The notes under the pieces: generated by a model | What the model was told of the DNA's origin: nothing | Databases searched by the model: none | The model's input: the letters and a program-made list of their open reading frames with translations, nothing else | Shown here: positions 41,305 through 49,325 of the stretch, piece by piece | How positions within the stretch are numbered: position 1 is the first letter of the stretch | How the letters are laid out: each line of letters starts with the position of its first letter | Assembly (NCBI GenBank): GCA_045537905.1 | Contig: JAZSQJ010000053.1 | Location: 36,295 to 100,294 of the forward strand | From: Eubacteriales bacterium | GTDB taxonomy: Bacteria; Bacillota; Clostridia; Oscillospirales; CAG-382 | DNA length: 64,000 nt | Reading direction: 5' to 3' | Program-made: the position numbers and the translations under genes

Positions 41305-42236
41305 TGGCTGAAAAAATGCTTATGAAGGGTAACGAGGTTATAGGCGAGGCTGCTATCCGTGCAGGCTGCCGTTATTTCTTCGGTTATCCCATCACCCCTC
41401 AGACCGAGCTGTCTGAGTATCTTGCTAAGAAAATGCCCAAGGTTGGCGGTCTTTGCCTTCAGGCAGAAAGTGAAGTTTCTGCTATCAATATGGTTCTTGG
41501 CTGTACCGCTTCCGGCGAGCGTGCCTTTACCTCTTCCTCTTCCCCCGGGGTAAGCCTTAAGAGCGAGGGCGTTTCCTACATAATCGGCTCCGACCTTCCC
41601 TGCGTTATCGTTAACGTACAGCGCGGCGGTCCCGGTCTTGGCGGCATCCAGCCTGCCCAGTCCGATTATCTTCAGGCAACCAAGGCTTTAGGTCACGGCG
41701 ACCAGCACTTTGTTGTGCTTGCTCCTGCTTACGTACAGGAAATAGCTACCCTTATGGGTGAGGCTTTTGATATAGCAGACATCTACCGTACCCCCGTTAT
41801 GCTTCTTGCAGACGGTGCTTTGGGTCAGATGATGGAGCCCGTTGACTTTGAGGCAAAGCGTGAGCGTGCTCTTCCCGAAAAGACCTGGGCGGCCTGCGGT
41901 CACGGCAACAAGCGTAAGCACAACATCGTAAACTCCTTGTATATCGACCCCGAAACTCTTGAGAACACCGTTCTTGCCCGTTACGAAAGATATAAGGCAA
42001 TAGAGGAAAACGAGGTTCAGTACGACGAGTATATGACCGAGGATGCGGAGATTTGCGTAGTAGCCTACGGCATCACTGCAAGAATAGTAAAGACTGCAGT
42101 TAAAGCGGCAAGAGCTATGGGTATCAAGGTTGGCTTGTTCCGTCCCATCACCCTTTGGCCCTACCCCAAGAAGCAGCTTGCAGAACTTGCCGACAAGGTT
42201 GACAAGTTCCTCGTTGTTGAGATGAATATGGGATAG
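41304..42236 (+). CDS. 2-oxoacid:ferredoxin oxidoreductase alpha subunit, N-terminal 310 codons, ended by an in-frame TAG
   Basis: The ATG overlaps the delta stop (TAATG). GNEVIGEAAIRAGCRYFFGYPITPQTE is typical of the alpha subunit. It ends ...LVVEMNMG-TAG, where the family normally continues with Gln. Confidence 0.8.
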   Translation: MAEKMLMKGNEVIGEAAIRAGCRYFFGYPITPQTELSEYLAKKMPKVGGLCLQAESEVSAINMVLGCTASGERAFTSSSSPGVSLKSEGVSYIIGSDLPCVIVNVQRGGPGLGGIQPAQSDYLQATKALGHGDQHFVVLAPAYVQEIATLMGEAFDIADIYRTPVMLLADGALGQMMEPVDFEAKRERALPEKTWAACGHGNKRKHNIVNSLYIDPETLENTVLARYERYKAIEENEVQYDEYMTEDAEICVVAYGITARIVKTAVKAARAMGIKVGLFRPITLWPYPKKQLAELADKVDKFLVVEMNMG

Positions 42237-42368
42237 ATGGTAGACGACGTTAAGGTTGCTACGGACTGCAAGCGTCCCGTAGAGTTCTTTGGCAGAACAG
42301 GCGGCGTTATCCCTACTCCCGACGAAATCCTTGCAAAGATAGTAGAAATGAACGGAGGTGCCAAGTAA
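42237..42368 (+). CDS. C-terminal 43-codon segment of the oxidoreductase alpha subunit (same frame, starts with the ATG directly after the TAG)
   Basis: MVDDVKVATDCKRPVEFFGRTGGVIPTPDEILAKIVEMNGGAK-TAA matches the usual alpha-subunit C-terminus. It is below the ORF-track size cutoff. Confidence 0.6.
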   Translation: MVDDVKVATDCKRPVEFFGRTGGVIPTPDEILAKIVEMNGGAK

Positions 42369-42369
42369 T

Positions 42370-43125
42370 ATGGTAGTATTTGAAAAGCCTAAGGCGCTTA
42401 CAGACGTACCCTTCCACTATTGTCCCGGCTGTACCCACGGTATAGTACACAGACTTGTGGCAGAGGTTATTGACGAAATGGGTATCGAGGGCGAAACCGT
42501 AGGTGTCGCATCGGTAGGCTGTTCCGTTTTCTCCTACAACTATTTCGGCTGTGATATGGTACAGGCTCCCCACGGCCGTGCTCCTGCCGTTGCAACGGGT
42601 ATTAAGCGCAGCCATCCCGATAACTTTGTATTCACCTACCAGGGCGACGGCGACCTTGCCGCAATCGGCACGGCGGAAACCGTTCACGTTGGTGCAAGAG
42701 GCGAAAATATAACGATAATCTTCATCAATAACGCAATCTACGGTATGACAGGCGGTCAGATGGCTCCTACAACTCTGCTTGGTCAGGTAACAACCACCTC
42801 TCCCTACGGCAGAAAGAAGGAGATACAGGGCAACCCCATCCGTGTTGCAGAGATGATATCCACTCTTGACGGTGCCGCTTACGTTGAGCGTGTAGCCGTT
42901 GACTGTGTAAAGAACGTTCGCAACGCTAAAAAGGCAATAAGAAAAGCCTTCGAGGCACAGAAAAACAAAAAAGGTCTTAGCCTTATAGAGGTTCTGTCCA
43001 CCTGTCCCACCAACTGGGGTATGTCTCCCGAGAAGTCTCTTGAGTGGCTTCGCGAGAATATGATGGCACACTATCCTCTTGGCGTATATAAGGATATAAC
43101 AGAGGAGGCTGGCGATAATGAGTAA
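42370..43125 (+). CDS. 2-oxoacid:ferredoxin oxidoreductase beta subunit (TPP-binding)
   Basis: Start set at ATG 42370 (GGAGGTG RBS). CPGCTHG and GDGD...IGT.E TPP motifs are present. Confidence 0.88.
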   Translation: MVVFEKPKALTDVPFHYCPGCTHGIVHRLVAEVIDEMGIEGETVGVASVGCSVFSYNYFGCDMVQAPHGRAPAVATGIKRSHPDNFVFTYQGDGDLAAIGTAETVHVGARGENITIIFINNAIYGMTGGQMAPTTLLGQVTTTSPYGRKKEIQGNPIRVAEMISTLDGAAYVERVAVDCVKNVRNAKKAIRKAFEAQKNKKGLSLIEVLSTCPTNWGMSPEKSLEWLRENMMAHYPLGVYKDITEEAGDNE

Positions 43126-43651
43126 TATTTTGCTTGCAGGCTTCGGCGGTCAGGGTATACTTTTTGCAGGTAAACAGATAGTTTTGGCAGGTATGAACAG
43201 CGGCAAATACGTTAGCTGGCTGCCTTCCTACGGTCCCGAAATGCGTGGTGGTACCTGTAACTGCAGCGTTATTGTTGAGGACGAGCCTATCGGCAGCCCT
43301 CTCGTAACCAAGCCCGACATCCTTCTGGCGTTCAACACCCCCTCCTTTGATAAGTTTGAGAGCAAGGTAGTTAAGGGCGGTATGATTTTCGTAGACAGCT
43401 CTCTCGTTGCCAAAAAGTCTGAAAGAGACGATATACAGGCTTTCTATATCCCCGCAACCGAGCTTGCTAACGAAAACGGTCTTACCGGTATGGCTAACGT
43501 AATTATGCTTGGCTATATCATTAAAAAGAGCGGTCTGTTTGCAGAGGACTACTTCAAGCAGTCCCTCTCCTCGGGTATCCCTGCCCACAAGGCACACCTT
43601 GCCGAGGTAAACAACAAGGCGTTGGATATAGGCTTTAATTATGAAGGCTAA
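43118..43651 (+). CDS. 2-oxoacid:ferredoxin oxidoreductase gamma subunit
   Basis: ILLAGFGGQGILFAGK at the N-terminus and SYGPEMRGG. Overlaps the beta subunit by 8 nt. Confidence 0.88.
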   Translation: MSNILLAGFGGQGILFAGKQIVLAGMNSGKYVSWLPSYGPEMRGGTCNCSVIVEDEPIGSPLVTKPDILLAFNTPSFDKFESKVVKGGMIFVDSSLVAKKSERDDIQAFYIPATELANENGLTGMANVIMLGYIIKKSGLFAEDYFKQSLSSGIPAHKAHLAEVNNKALDIGFNYEG

Positions 43652-44339
43652 AAGGCCTTTTGTCACCGCTGTTATTGTGGGTGCCGGTAGCGGCACCCGC
43701 ATGGGCGGTGTTAATAAAGCGCTTATAAAAATAGGCGACAAAACAGCCTTCCGTATGGTGCTTGATGCCTTTGGTGAGGCAGAGTGTATAGACGAGATAG
43801 TCGTTGTATGCCGTGATACCGAGGAAATGGCGGCGGCAAGCGAGGGCTTTGACAAAAAGCCCGTAAGCTATGCTCTTGGGGGTAAAAGCCGTACCCAGTC
43901 CGTGTTTAACGGCGTAGCGGCGGCAAGCCGCAAGGCAGAGTTTTACTGTATACACGACTGTGCCAGACCCCTTGTTACCGCCGACATAATAAACGAGGTA
44001 ACGGCGGCGGCAATAAAAACAGGGGCGGCAACAGCCTGCACCCCCGTTACGGATACCGTAAAGTACGTGGATAAGGAAAAGGGCACCGTATACACCCCCA
44101 ACCGCAGTAACCTGTTGGCGCTTCAAACCCCTCAGGTATTTGAGGCAAGGCTGTACACGGCAGCGGCGGCAATGGCTAAAAAGGACGGCTTTGCGGCAAC
44201 GGACGACACCGCTATAGCAGAGCACGCAGGCTTTAAGGTGGAGTACGTTATCACCGACAAAAGCAACCTTAAGCTGACAAGCGCCGAGGACGTTTTGATT
44301 GCCCGTTATATAGAACAAAAGCGAAGGAAGACAGAGTAA
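43641..44339 (+). CDS. ispD: 2-C-methyl-D-erythritol 4-phosphate cytidylyltransferase
   Basis: [13 protein letters not shown]-loop-like motif; 232 aa. Overlaps the gamma subunit by 11 nt. Confidence 0.88.
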   Translation: MKAKRPFVTAVIVGAGSGTRMGGVNKALIKIGDKTAFRMVLDAFGEAECIDEIVVVCRDTEEMAAASEGFDKKPVSYALGGKSRTQSVFNGVAAASRKAEFYCIHDCARPLVTADIINEVTAAAIKTGAATACTPVTDTVKYVDKEKGTVYTPNRSNLLALQTPQVFEARLYTAAAAMAKKDGFAATDDTAIAEHAGFKVEYVITDKSNLKLTSAEDVLIARYIEQKRRKTE

Positions 44340-44812
44340 TGAGAATAGGACACGGCTACGATGTGCACAGGTTAACAGAGGACAGGGCGTTGATACTGGG
44401 CGGTGTGAATATCCCGTGGGAAAAGGGTCTTATGGGGCACTCCGATGCGGACGTGCTCGTCCACGCCGTGTGCGACGCTTTGCTGGGTGCGGCGGCGTTG
44501 GGTGACATTGGCTATCACTTTCCCGACAGGGACCCTAAGTATAAGGGCATTTCCAGCATCAAGCTGTTATCTCACGTCTCCCTTTTGCTTAAAGAAAAAG
44601 GCTATGGTGTTGTTAATATAGACAGCACCCTTATTGCCCAGGCTCCTAAGCTTGCTCCCTATATCCTTGATATGAGAAGCAATATTGCGGCGGCAATCGG
44701 AATAGATACCGACGCTGTCAGCGTAAAGGCTACCACTGAGGAGCATCTGGGCTTCACAGGGCAGGGGCAGGGGATTGCCGCCCACGCCGTATGTATAATA
44801 GAAAAACTGTAA
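44339..44812 (+). CDS. ispF: 2-C-methyl-D-erythritol 2,4-cyclodiphosphate synthase
   Basis: [21 protein letters not shown]; 157 aa. TAATG overlap with ispD. Confidence 0.92.
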   Translation: MRIGHGYDVHRLTEDRALILGGVNIPWEKGLMGHSDADVLVHAVCDALLGAAALGDIGYHFPDRDPKYKGISSIKLLSHVSLLLKEKGYGVVNIDSTLIAQAPKLAPYILDMRSNIAAAIGIDTDAVSVKATTEEHLGFTGQGQGIAAHAVCIIEKL

Positions 44813-44823
44813 AGGAAAATTAA

Positions 44824-46098
44824 ATGGTACTACAAAGCCGCCCCATCTCCGAGGGTATAAATCTTACGGTGTTACCCACCGATAAATTCAAATCCAATCT
44901 TATGATAGTAGAACTGCGTTGCCCTCTTAAGGCAGAAACAGCTACCCACTACTCCTTGCTGACCAACGTGCTAAGCCGTTGTTGCAGGGAGTATCCAAGT
45001 CTGCGTAGCTTTAACGTTGCCCTGGAGGAGCTGTATGCGGCAGATGTAGACTCCTACGTTTCCAAAACGGGTGAGGTACAGCGTGTTCGCTTCAAGCTGT
45101 CCTGTATAGAAAACAACTACACCTACGATAAAAGCGATGTGCTGGCAGGTGCAATGCGTCTCCTGGGTGCAATGATATTTGACCCACTGCTGGAGGATGG
45201 AGCGTTTCCCGACTATGTGGTGGAGTCTGAAAAGAAAAACCTTAAAGAAGAAATCCAATCCTTAAAGGACGATAAGGGCCGCTATGCCATAACCCGCTGT
45301 GTACGCAATATGTGTGCAGAGGAGGCGTATTCCGTCTCTGCGGCAGGGGATGAAAAGGTTCTTGAGGGTATAACGGGCAGTGAGCTTAAGGCTCATTACG
45401 ATACCCTTATAAAAACCGCTCCCGTTGATATATATTTTGTGGGCAATACGGATGCCGAAACAGTGGAGGAGTATTGCAAAAGGTACCTCCCCTTCGGACC
45501 CCGTCCCTTTGCTATCTACCGGACGGAGGTTAAAGAGGGAAGCGGTGAGATAAAATACGTCACCGAGTCTGCCGATGCGGTGCAAAGCAGACTTTGTATG
45601 GGCTACCGCACGGGGATTAGCCTCTGTGACGATGAGTACGCCGCCTTGCTTCTTGCTTGCGACGTTCTTGGCTCCCCTTCAGGTAAGCTCTTTGTCAACG
45701 TGAGGGAAAAAATGGGTCTTTGCTACTATTGCAGTCCCCATCTGGACGGGGTAAAGGGTCTGCTTCTGATAAGTGCAGGCATATACGCCAAGGACAGGGA
45801 AAGGGCAGAAAAGGCAATAGAAGCGCAGATCGAACAGCTTAAGCTTGGAAACATCAGCGATAGCGAGCTTACGGCAGCCAAGGTTGCCGCCGCTACCGCT
45901 TATAAAGAGATATATGACAGTGCAGGTGCAATGATAAACTGGTTTGCCACTCGAAAGGGCATAGGTCTTGACGTTACACCTGAGATAATGGCGGAAAAAA
46001 TTGCCGCCACCACCGCCGGGGATATTGCGGCGGTTGCCCGCCGTCTCAGGGCAGATACGTTTTTTATGCTAAAGGGAGAGGGCGGTGACGAGGAATGA
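44824..46098 (+). CDS. M16 family peptidase-like protein (no HxxEH; probable non-catalytic partner)
   Basis: 424 aa with the same length and architecture as the next gene but lacking the zinc motif. ATGA overlap with the next gene. Confidence 0.7.
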   Translation: MVLQSRPISEGINLTVLPTDKFKSNLMIVELRCPLKAETATHYSLLTNVLSRCCREYPSLRSFNVALEELYAADVDSYVSKTGEVQRVRFKLSCIENNYTYDKSDVLAGAMRLLGAMIFDPLLEDGAFPDYVVESEKKNLKEEIQSLKDDKGRYAITRCVRNMCAEEAYSVSAAGDEKVLEGITGSELKAHYDTLIKTAPVDIYFVGNTDAETVEEYCKRYLPFGPRPFAIYRTEVKEGSGEIKYVTESADAVQSRLCMGYRTGISLCDDEYAALLLACDVLGSPSGKLFVNVREKMGLCYYCSPHLDGVKGLLLISAGIYAKDRERAEKAIEAQIEQLKLGNISDSELTAAKVAAATAYKEIYDSAGAMINWFATRKGIGLDVTPEIMAEKIAATTAGDIAAVARRLRADTFFMLKGEGGDEE

Positions 46099-47369
46099 GC
46101 TACAGCGTTAAGCGTAACGACGGTATAGGTGAGCAGTATACAAAATTCAGCGTACAGGGGCTGGACGTATACGTTATCCCCAAAAAGCTAAGCACCACCT
46201 ACGCAATTTTGGGCGTGGACTTTGGCTCGGCAGACACAGCCTTTGAGTGTGACGGCAAGCCTTGGTCGGTCCCTGCGGGCATTGCTCATTTTTTGGAGCA
46301 TAAGATGTTTGAAAACGAGGACGGAACCGACGCCTTTGAGCAGTTTTCCGTTCTTGGTGCCAACGCCAACGCATATACAGCCGCATCAAAAACCTGCTAT
46401 ATGTTTTCCTGTACGGACAACTTTGAGCAGTCTCTTAAACTGCTTTTGCAGGTAGTGACACGCCCCCATTTTACAGAGGACTCTGTTAAAAAGGAGCGTT
46501 CAATAATCAACCAAGAGATAAGAATGTATATGGACGACCCTTATTGGAAAATGTACTTCGGTCTACTTGATGCTATGTATCACAATGCAAGCATTCGCAC
46601 CGACCCTGCAGGCACCGAGGAGTCTATTGCCGGTATAAGTCCAAAAATGCTTTACGACTGCCACCGTATGTTTTACAAGGGCGATAATATGGCGCTTTGC
46701 GTTTGCGGTGACGTGGACGTGGATACCGTTAAGGAAATCGCAGAAAGCACTCTAGAGGCTTTGCCCTTGGGCGTTGCAAAACGCCTCCGGGAGGAGGAGC
46801 CTGAGGAGGTAAGGCTGGGCAGGGCAGAGGCGTATATGGATATAGCAGTACCCCTGTTTTCCATCGGTATAAAATGCCCTACGGTACCTATGGGTAAGGA
46901 GCGTTTACTGGCTGCTGCGGAAAACGAGATACTGCTTCAGATGGTCTTTGGAAAAAGCGGCGGCTTTTATAACGGATGTTATGAAAGCGGCTTGCTGGGT
47001 GACCGTTTTTCAGCAGGCTACAGCTGTGAAAGAGGCACGTCCTTTATTATGATAAGCGGCTCGTCTCCCCAGCCTGACAGGGTACAGACCCTTGCAATGG
47101 AGGAGATAGAGCGTCAAAGAAAAAGCTTTTGCAGTGAGGCGGAGTTTGAGCGTGCAAAAAAGGTGTGCTACTCCACAGCCTTGGACGTGTACAACAGCAC
47201 GGACGAAATTGCAAACGCCTTCCTTGGCTTTGTGTTCGACGGTTGCGATTTGCTGGATTATACCGAGGCTCTGCGTAATGCCGACTACCAAAGTGTAAGG
47301 GCACGTTTTATGCAGGACTATCGCACAGACCGCACAGCCTTTTCAGTAGTATATCCAAAGGAGGATTAA
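46095..47369 (+). CDS. M16 family zinc peptidase (pitrilysin/insulinase-like)
   Basis: Inverted zinc motif HFLEHKMF (HxxEH) near the N-terminus; 424 aa. Confidence 0.8.
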   Translation: MSYSVKRNDGIGEQYTKFSVQGLDVYVIPKKLSTTYAILGVDFGSADTAFECDGKPWSVPAGIAHFLEHKMFENEDGTDAFEQFSVLGANANAYTAASKTCYMFSCTDNFEQSLKLLLQVVTRPHFTEDSVKKERSIINQEIRMYMDDPYWKMYFGLLDAMYHNASIRTDPAGTEESIAGISPKMLYDCHRMFYKGDNMALCVCGDVDVDTVKEIAESTLEALPLGVAKRLREEEPEEVRLGRAEAYMDIAVPLFSIGIKCPTVPMGKERLLAAAENEILLQMVFGKSGGFYNGCYESGLLGDRFSAGYSCERGTSFIMISGSSPQPDRVQTLAMEEIERQRKSFCSEAEFERAKKVCYSTALDVYNSTDEIANAFLGFVFDGCDLLDYTEALRNADYQSVRARFMQDYRTDRTAFSVVYPKED

Positions 47370-47370
47370 A

Positions 47371-48282
47371 ATGTCTGACGGTGTAATGATATCCTTTCCG
47401 GGACTTGGGATAGGTGAATTTAAGATTGACTCCATAGCCTTTTCGCCCTTTGGCATCGACATACGATGGTATGCTATAATAATATGCACGGGGATAATAC
47501 TGGCATTCCTTTACTTTTTCAACCGTGCCAAGCGTACGGAAAAGCTTCTTGAGGACGACGTTCTTAACGTTACCCTTCTTGCCGTTCCCTTGGCGATAGT
47601 GGGCGCAAGGTTTTTGTACGTTATAACCAACCTTGAGGACTACGACAGCTTTTTTGAGATGATAAATATGCGTGAGGGCGGCATTGCCATCTACGGCGCA
47701 ATAATATTCGGCGCACTGGCGCTTCTTGGTTATACAAGAATCAAAAAGCTGCCCACCCTTAAGTTCTTTGATGCAATCTGTCCTGCAGTGCTTATCGGTC
47801 AGATAATCGGCAGATGGGGCAATTTTATGAACGGTGAGGCCTTTGGTCTTGGTTATGGTGCTGAAAACCTGCCTTGGCGTATGACCGTGCAACGCTTTGT
47901 TTACGGTAAGGGCGGGGTGATAGATACCACAGGCTACGGCTATTACGTAGCCCATCCTACCTTCCTTTACGAGTCTATATGGAACCTTTTGGGCTTTGTT
48001 ATTATCAACCTTGTGTACAAAAAGAAGAGGTTTGACGGACAGATATTCCTTTTGTACGTGGCGTGGTATGGCTTCGGCAGAGGCCTTATAGAGATACTTC
48101 GCAGTGACAGCCTTATGGTTTTCGGACAGAAGCTTATGGTTTATCTCGGCCTTATCACTTGTGCAGTTGCGATTGCATTTTACGTTATTATGCTTCGCCG
48201 CAGTAAGACAAAGCCTGACGAGGTAGCGGAGTTTGTAAAGGCAAAAAAGCAAGAGGCGGATGCAGAAACGGAGGAACAGTAA
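47371..48282 (+). CDS. lgt: Prolipoprotein diacylglyceryl transferase
   Basis: GRWGNFMNGEAFG signature in a polytopic membrane protein. RBS AAGGAGG. Confidence 0.9.
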   Translation: MSDGVMISFPGLGIGEFKIDSIAFSPFGIDIRWYAIIICTGIILAFLYFFNRAKRTEKLLEDDVLNVTLLAVPLAIVGARFLYVITNLEDYDSFFEMINMREGGIAIYGAIIFGALALLGYTRIKKLPTLKFFDAICPAVLIGQIIGRWGNFMNGEAFGLGYGAENLPWRMTVQRFVYGKGGVIDTTGYGYYVAHPTFLYESIWNLLGFVIINLVYKKKRFDGQIFLLYVAWYGFGRGLIEILRSDSLMVFGQKLMVYLGLITCAVAIAFYVIMLRRSKTKPDEVAEFVKAKKQEADAETEEQ

Positions 48283-49127
48283 TGGTATTACTTGACGGAA
48301 AGGCTCTGGCAGCCAAGATAAGAGAAAACGTTGCAAGGGAGACTGCGGCCTTTGCCGCAGAGGGCAAAAGGCAGCCCTGTCTTGCAGTGATATTGGTAGG
48401 CGAGGACCCTGCCTCTCAGATATATGTGCGTAACAAGCATAACGACTGCGTTACCACGGGTATAAAGAGCCTTATGCACACTCTCCCTGCCGATACCACA
48501 GAGGAGGAGCTTATAGGGCTTATAGACAGCCTTAACGGGGACGACAGCGTTGACGGCATACTGGTTCAGTTGCCTCTACCAAAGCATCTTAACGAAACCG
48601 TTGTTACCGAGCGTATCCGTGCTGATAAGGACGTAGACGCCTTCAGCGCTTACAACGTAGGCAATATCACCTTGGGCAGAGAAGCCTTCCGGCCCTGTAC
48701 CCCTTCAGGCGTAATGCGTCTTTTGGAGGAATATAACGTTGACATCAAGGGTAAGGAATGTGTGGTAGTTGGCAGAAGCAATATCGTAGGTAAGCCCATG
48801 GCACTGCTTTTGCTGGCTGCAGGCGGTACGGTTACTGTTTGCCACACCAAAACCGCAGACCTTGCCTTCCATACCCGACGTGCGGATATAATCGTTGCCG
48901 CCGCAGGCAGGGCAAAGCTTATAACGGGGGATATGGTAAAGGATGGAGCGGTAGTAGTTGACGTAGGTATGAACCGTGCTGACGGAGCTTTGTGCGGCGA
49001 CGTGGACTTTGAAGCCTGTGCGGCAAAGGCGTCCTACATAACACCTGTTCCCGGCGGTGTAGGTCCTATGACAAGAGCAATGCTGCTTGAGAATACGTTA
49101 ACAGCCTACAGATTACACACTAAATAA
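48282..49127 (+). CDS. folD: Bifunctional methylenetetrahydrofolate dehydrogenase/cyclohydrolase
   Basis: LDGKALAAKIRE, ILVGEDPASQIYVRNK, GILVQLPLP, VVVGRSNIVGKP. Confidence 0.92.
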   Translation: MVLLDGKALAAKIRENVARETAAFAAEGKRQPCLAVILVGEDPASQIYVRNKHNDCVTTGIKSLMHTLPADTTEEELIGLIDSLNGDDSVDGILVQLPLPKHLNETVVTERIRADKDVDAFSAYNVGNITLGREAFRPCTPSGVMRLLEEYNVDIKGKECVVVGRSNIVGKPMALLLLAAGGTVTVCHTKTADLAFHTRRADIIVAAAGRAKLITGDMVKDGAVVVDVGMNRADGALCGDVDFEACAAKASYITPVPGGVGPMTRAMLLENTLTAYRLHTK

Positions 49128-49140
49128 CAGTAGCTATACT

Positions 49141-49181
49141 AAGCTGTCTCAAAGAAAAACTGGGACAGCTTTTATTCTTTT
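49141..49181 (+). terminator. Rho-independent terminator of the long housekeeping operon
   Basis: AAGCTGTC-14 nt-GACAGCTT followed by TTATTCTTTT. Confidence 0.75.
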
Positions 49182-49196
49182 ATAAGCTGTAAACCA

Positions 49197-49225
49197 TTGA
49201 CAAAAGGGACGGTATGTTGTATTAT
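49197..49225 (+). promoter_or_regulatory. Sigma-A type promoter of the YfhO-like gene
   Basis: TTGACA (49197-49202), 17-nt spacer, TATTAT (49220-49225). Confidence 0.65.
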
Positions 49226-49325
49226 ATAATAGATTAATTATGTTTGGCATTTTTATGTAAAAGCGTATACAATGTCACTTTTATACGTTACCCTGCGGGG
49301 CAGGGTGGAAGGCGGTGTACTTTAT

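Noticed and set aside
42234-42236. TAG in the OFOR alpha subunit as pyrrolysine, selenocysteine-like recoding or a genome-wide TAG reassignment
   Set aside because: TAG terminates many well-delimited genes here (885-887, 1919-1921, 35979-35981, 36529-36531, 37441-37443). The window holds no pyl genes or suppressor tRNA; its only tRNA is Pro-GGG. The conserved residue expected is Gln, not Pyl. A point mutation, sequencing error or split gene is more parsimonious, so it is kept as a finding in that form.
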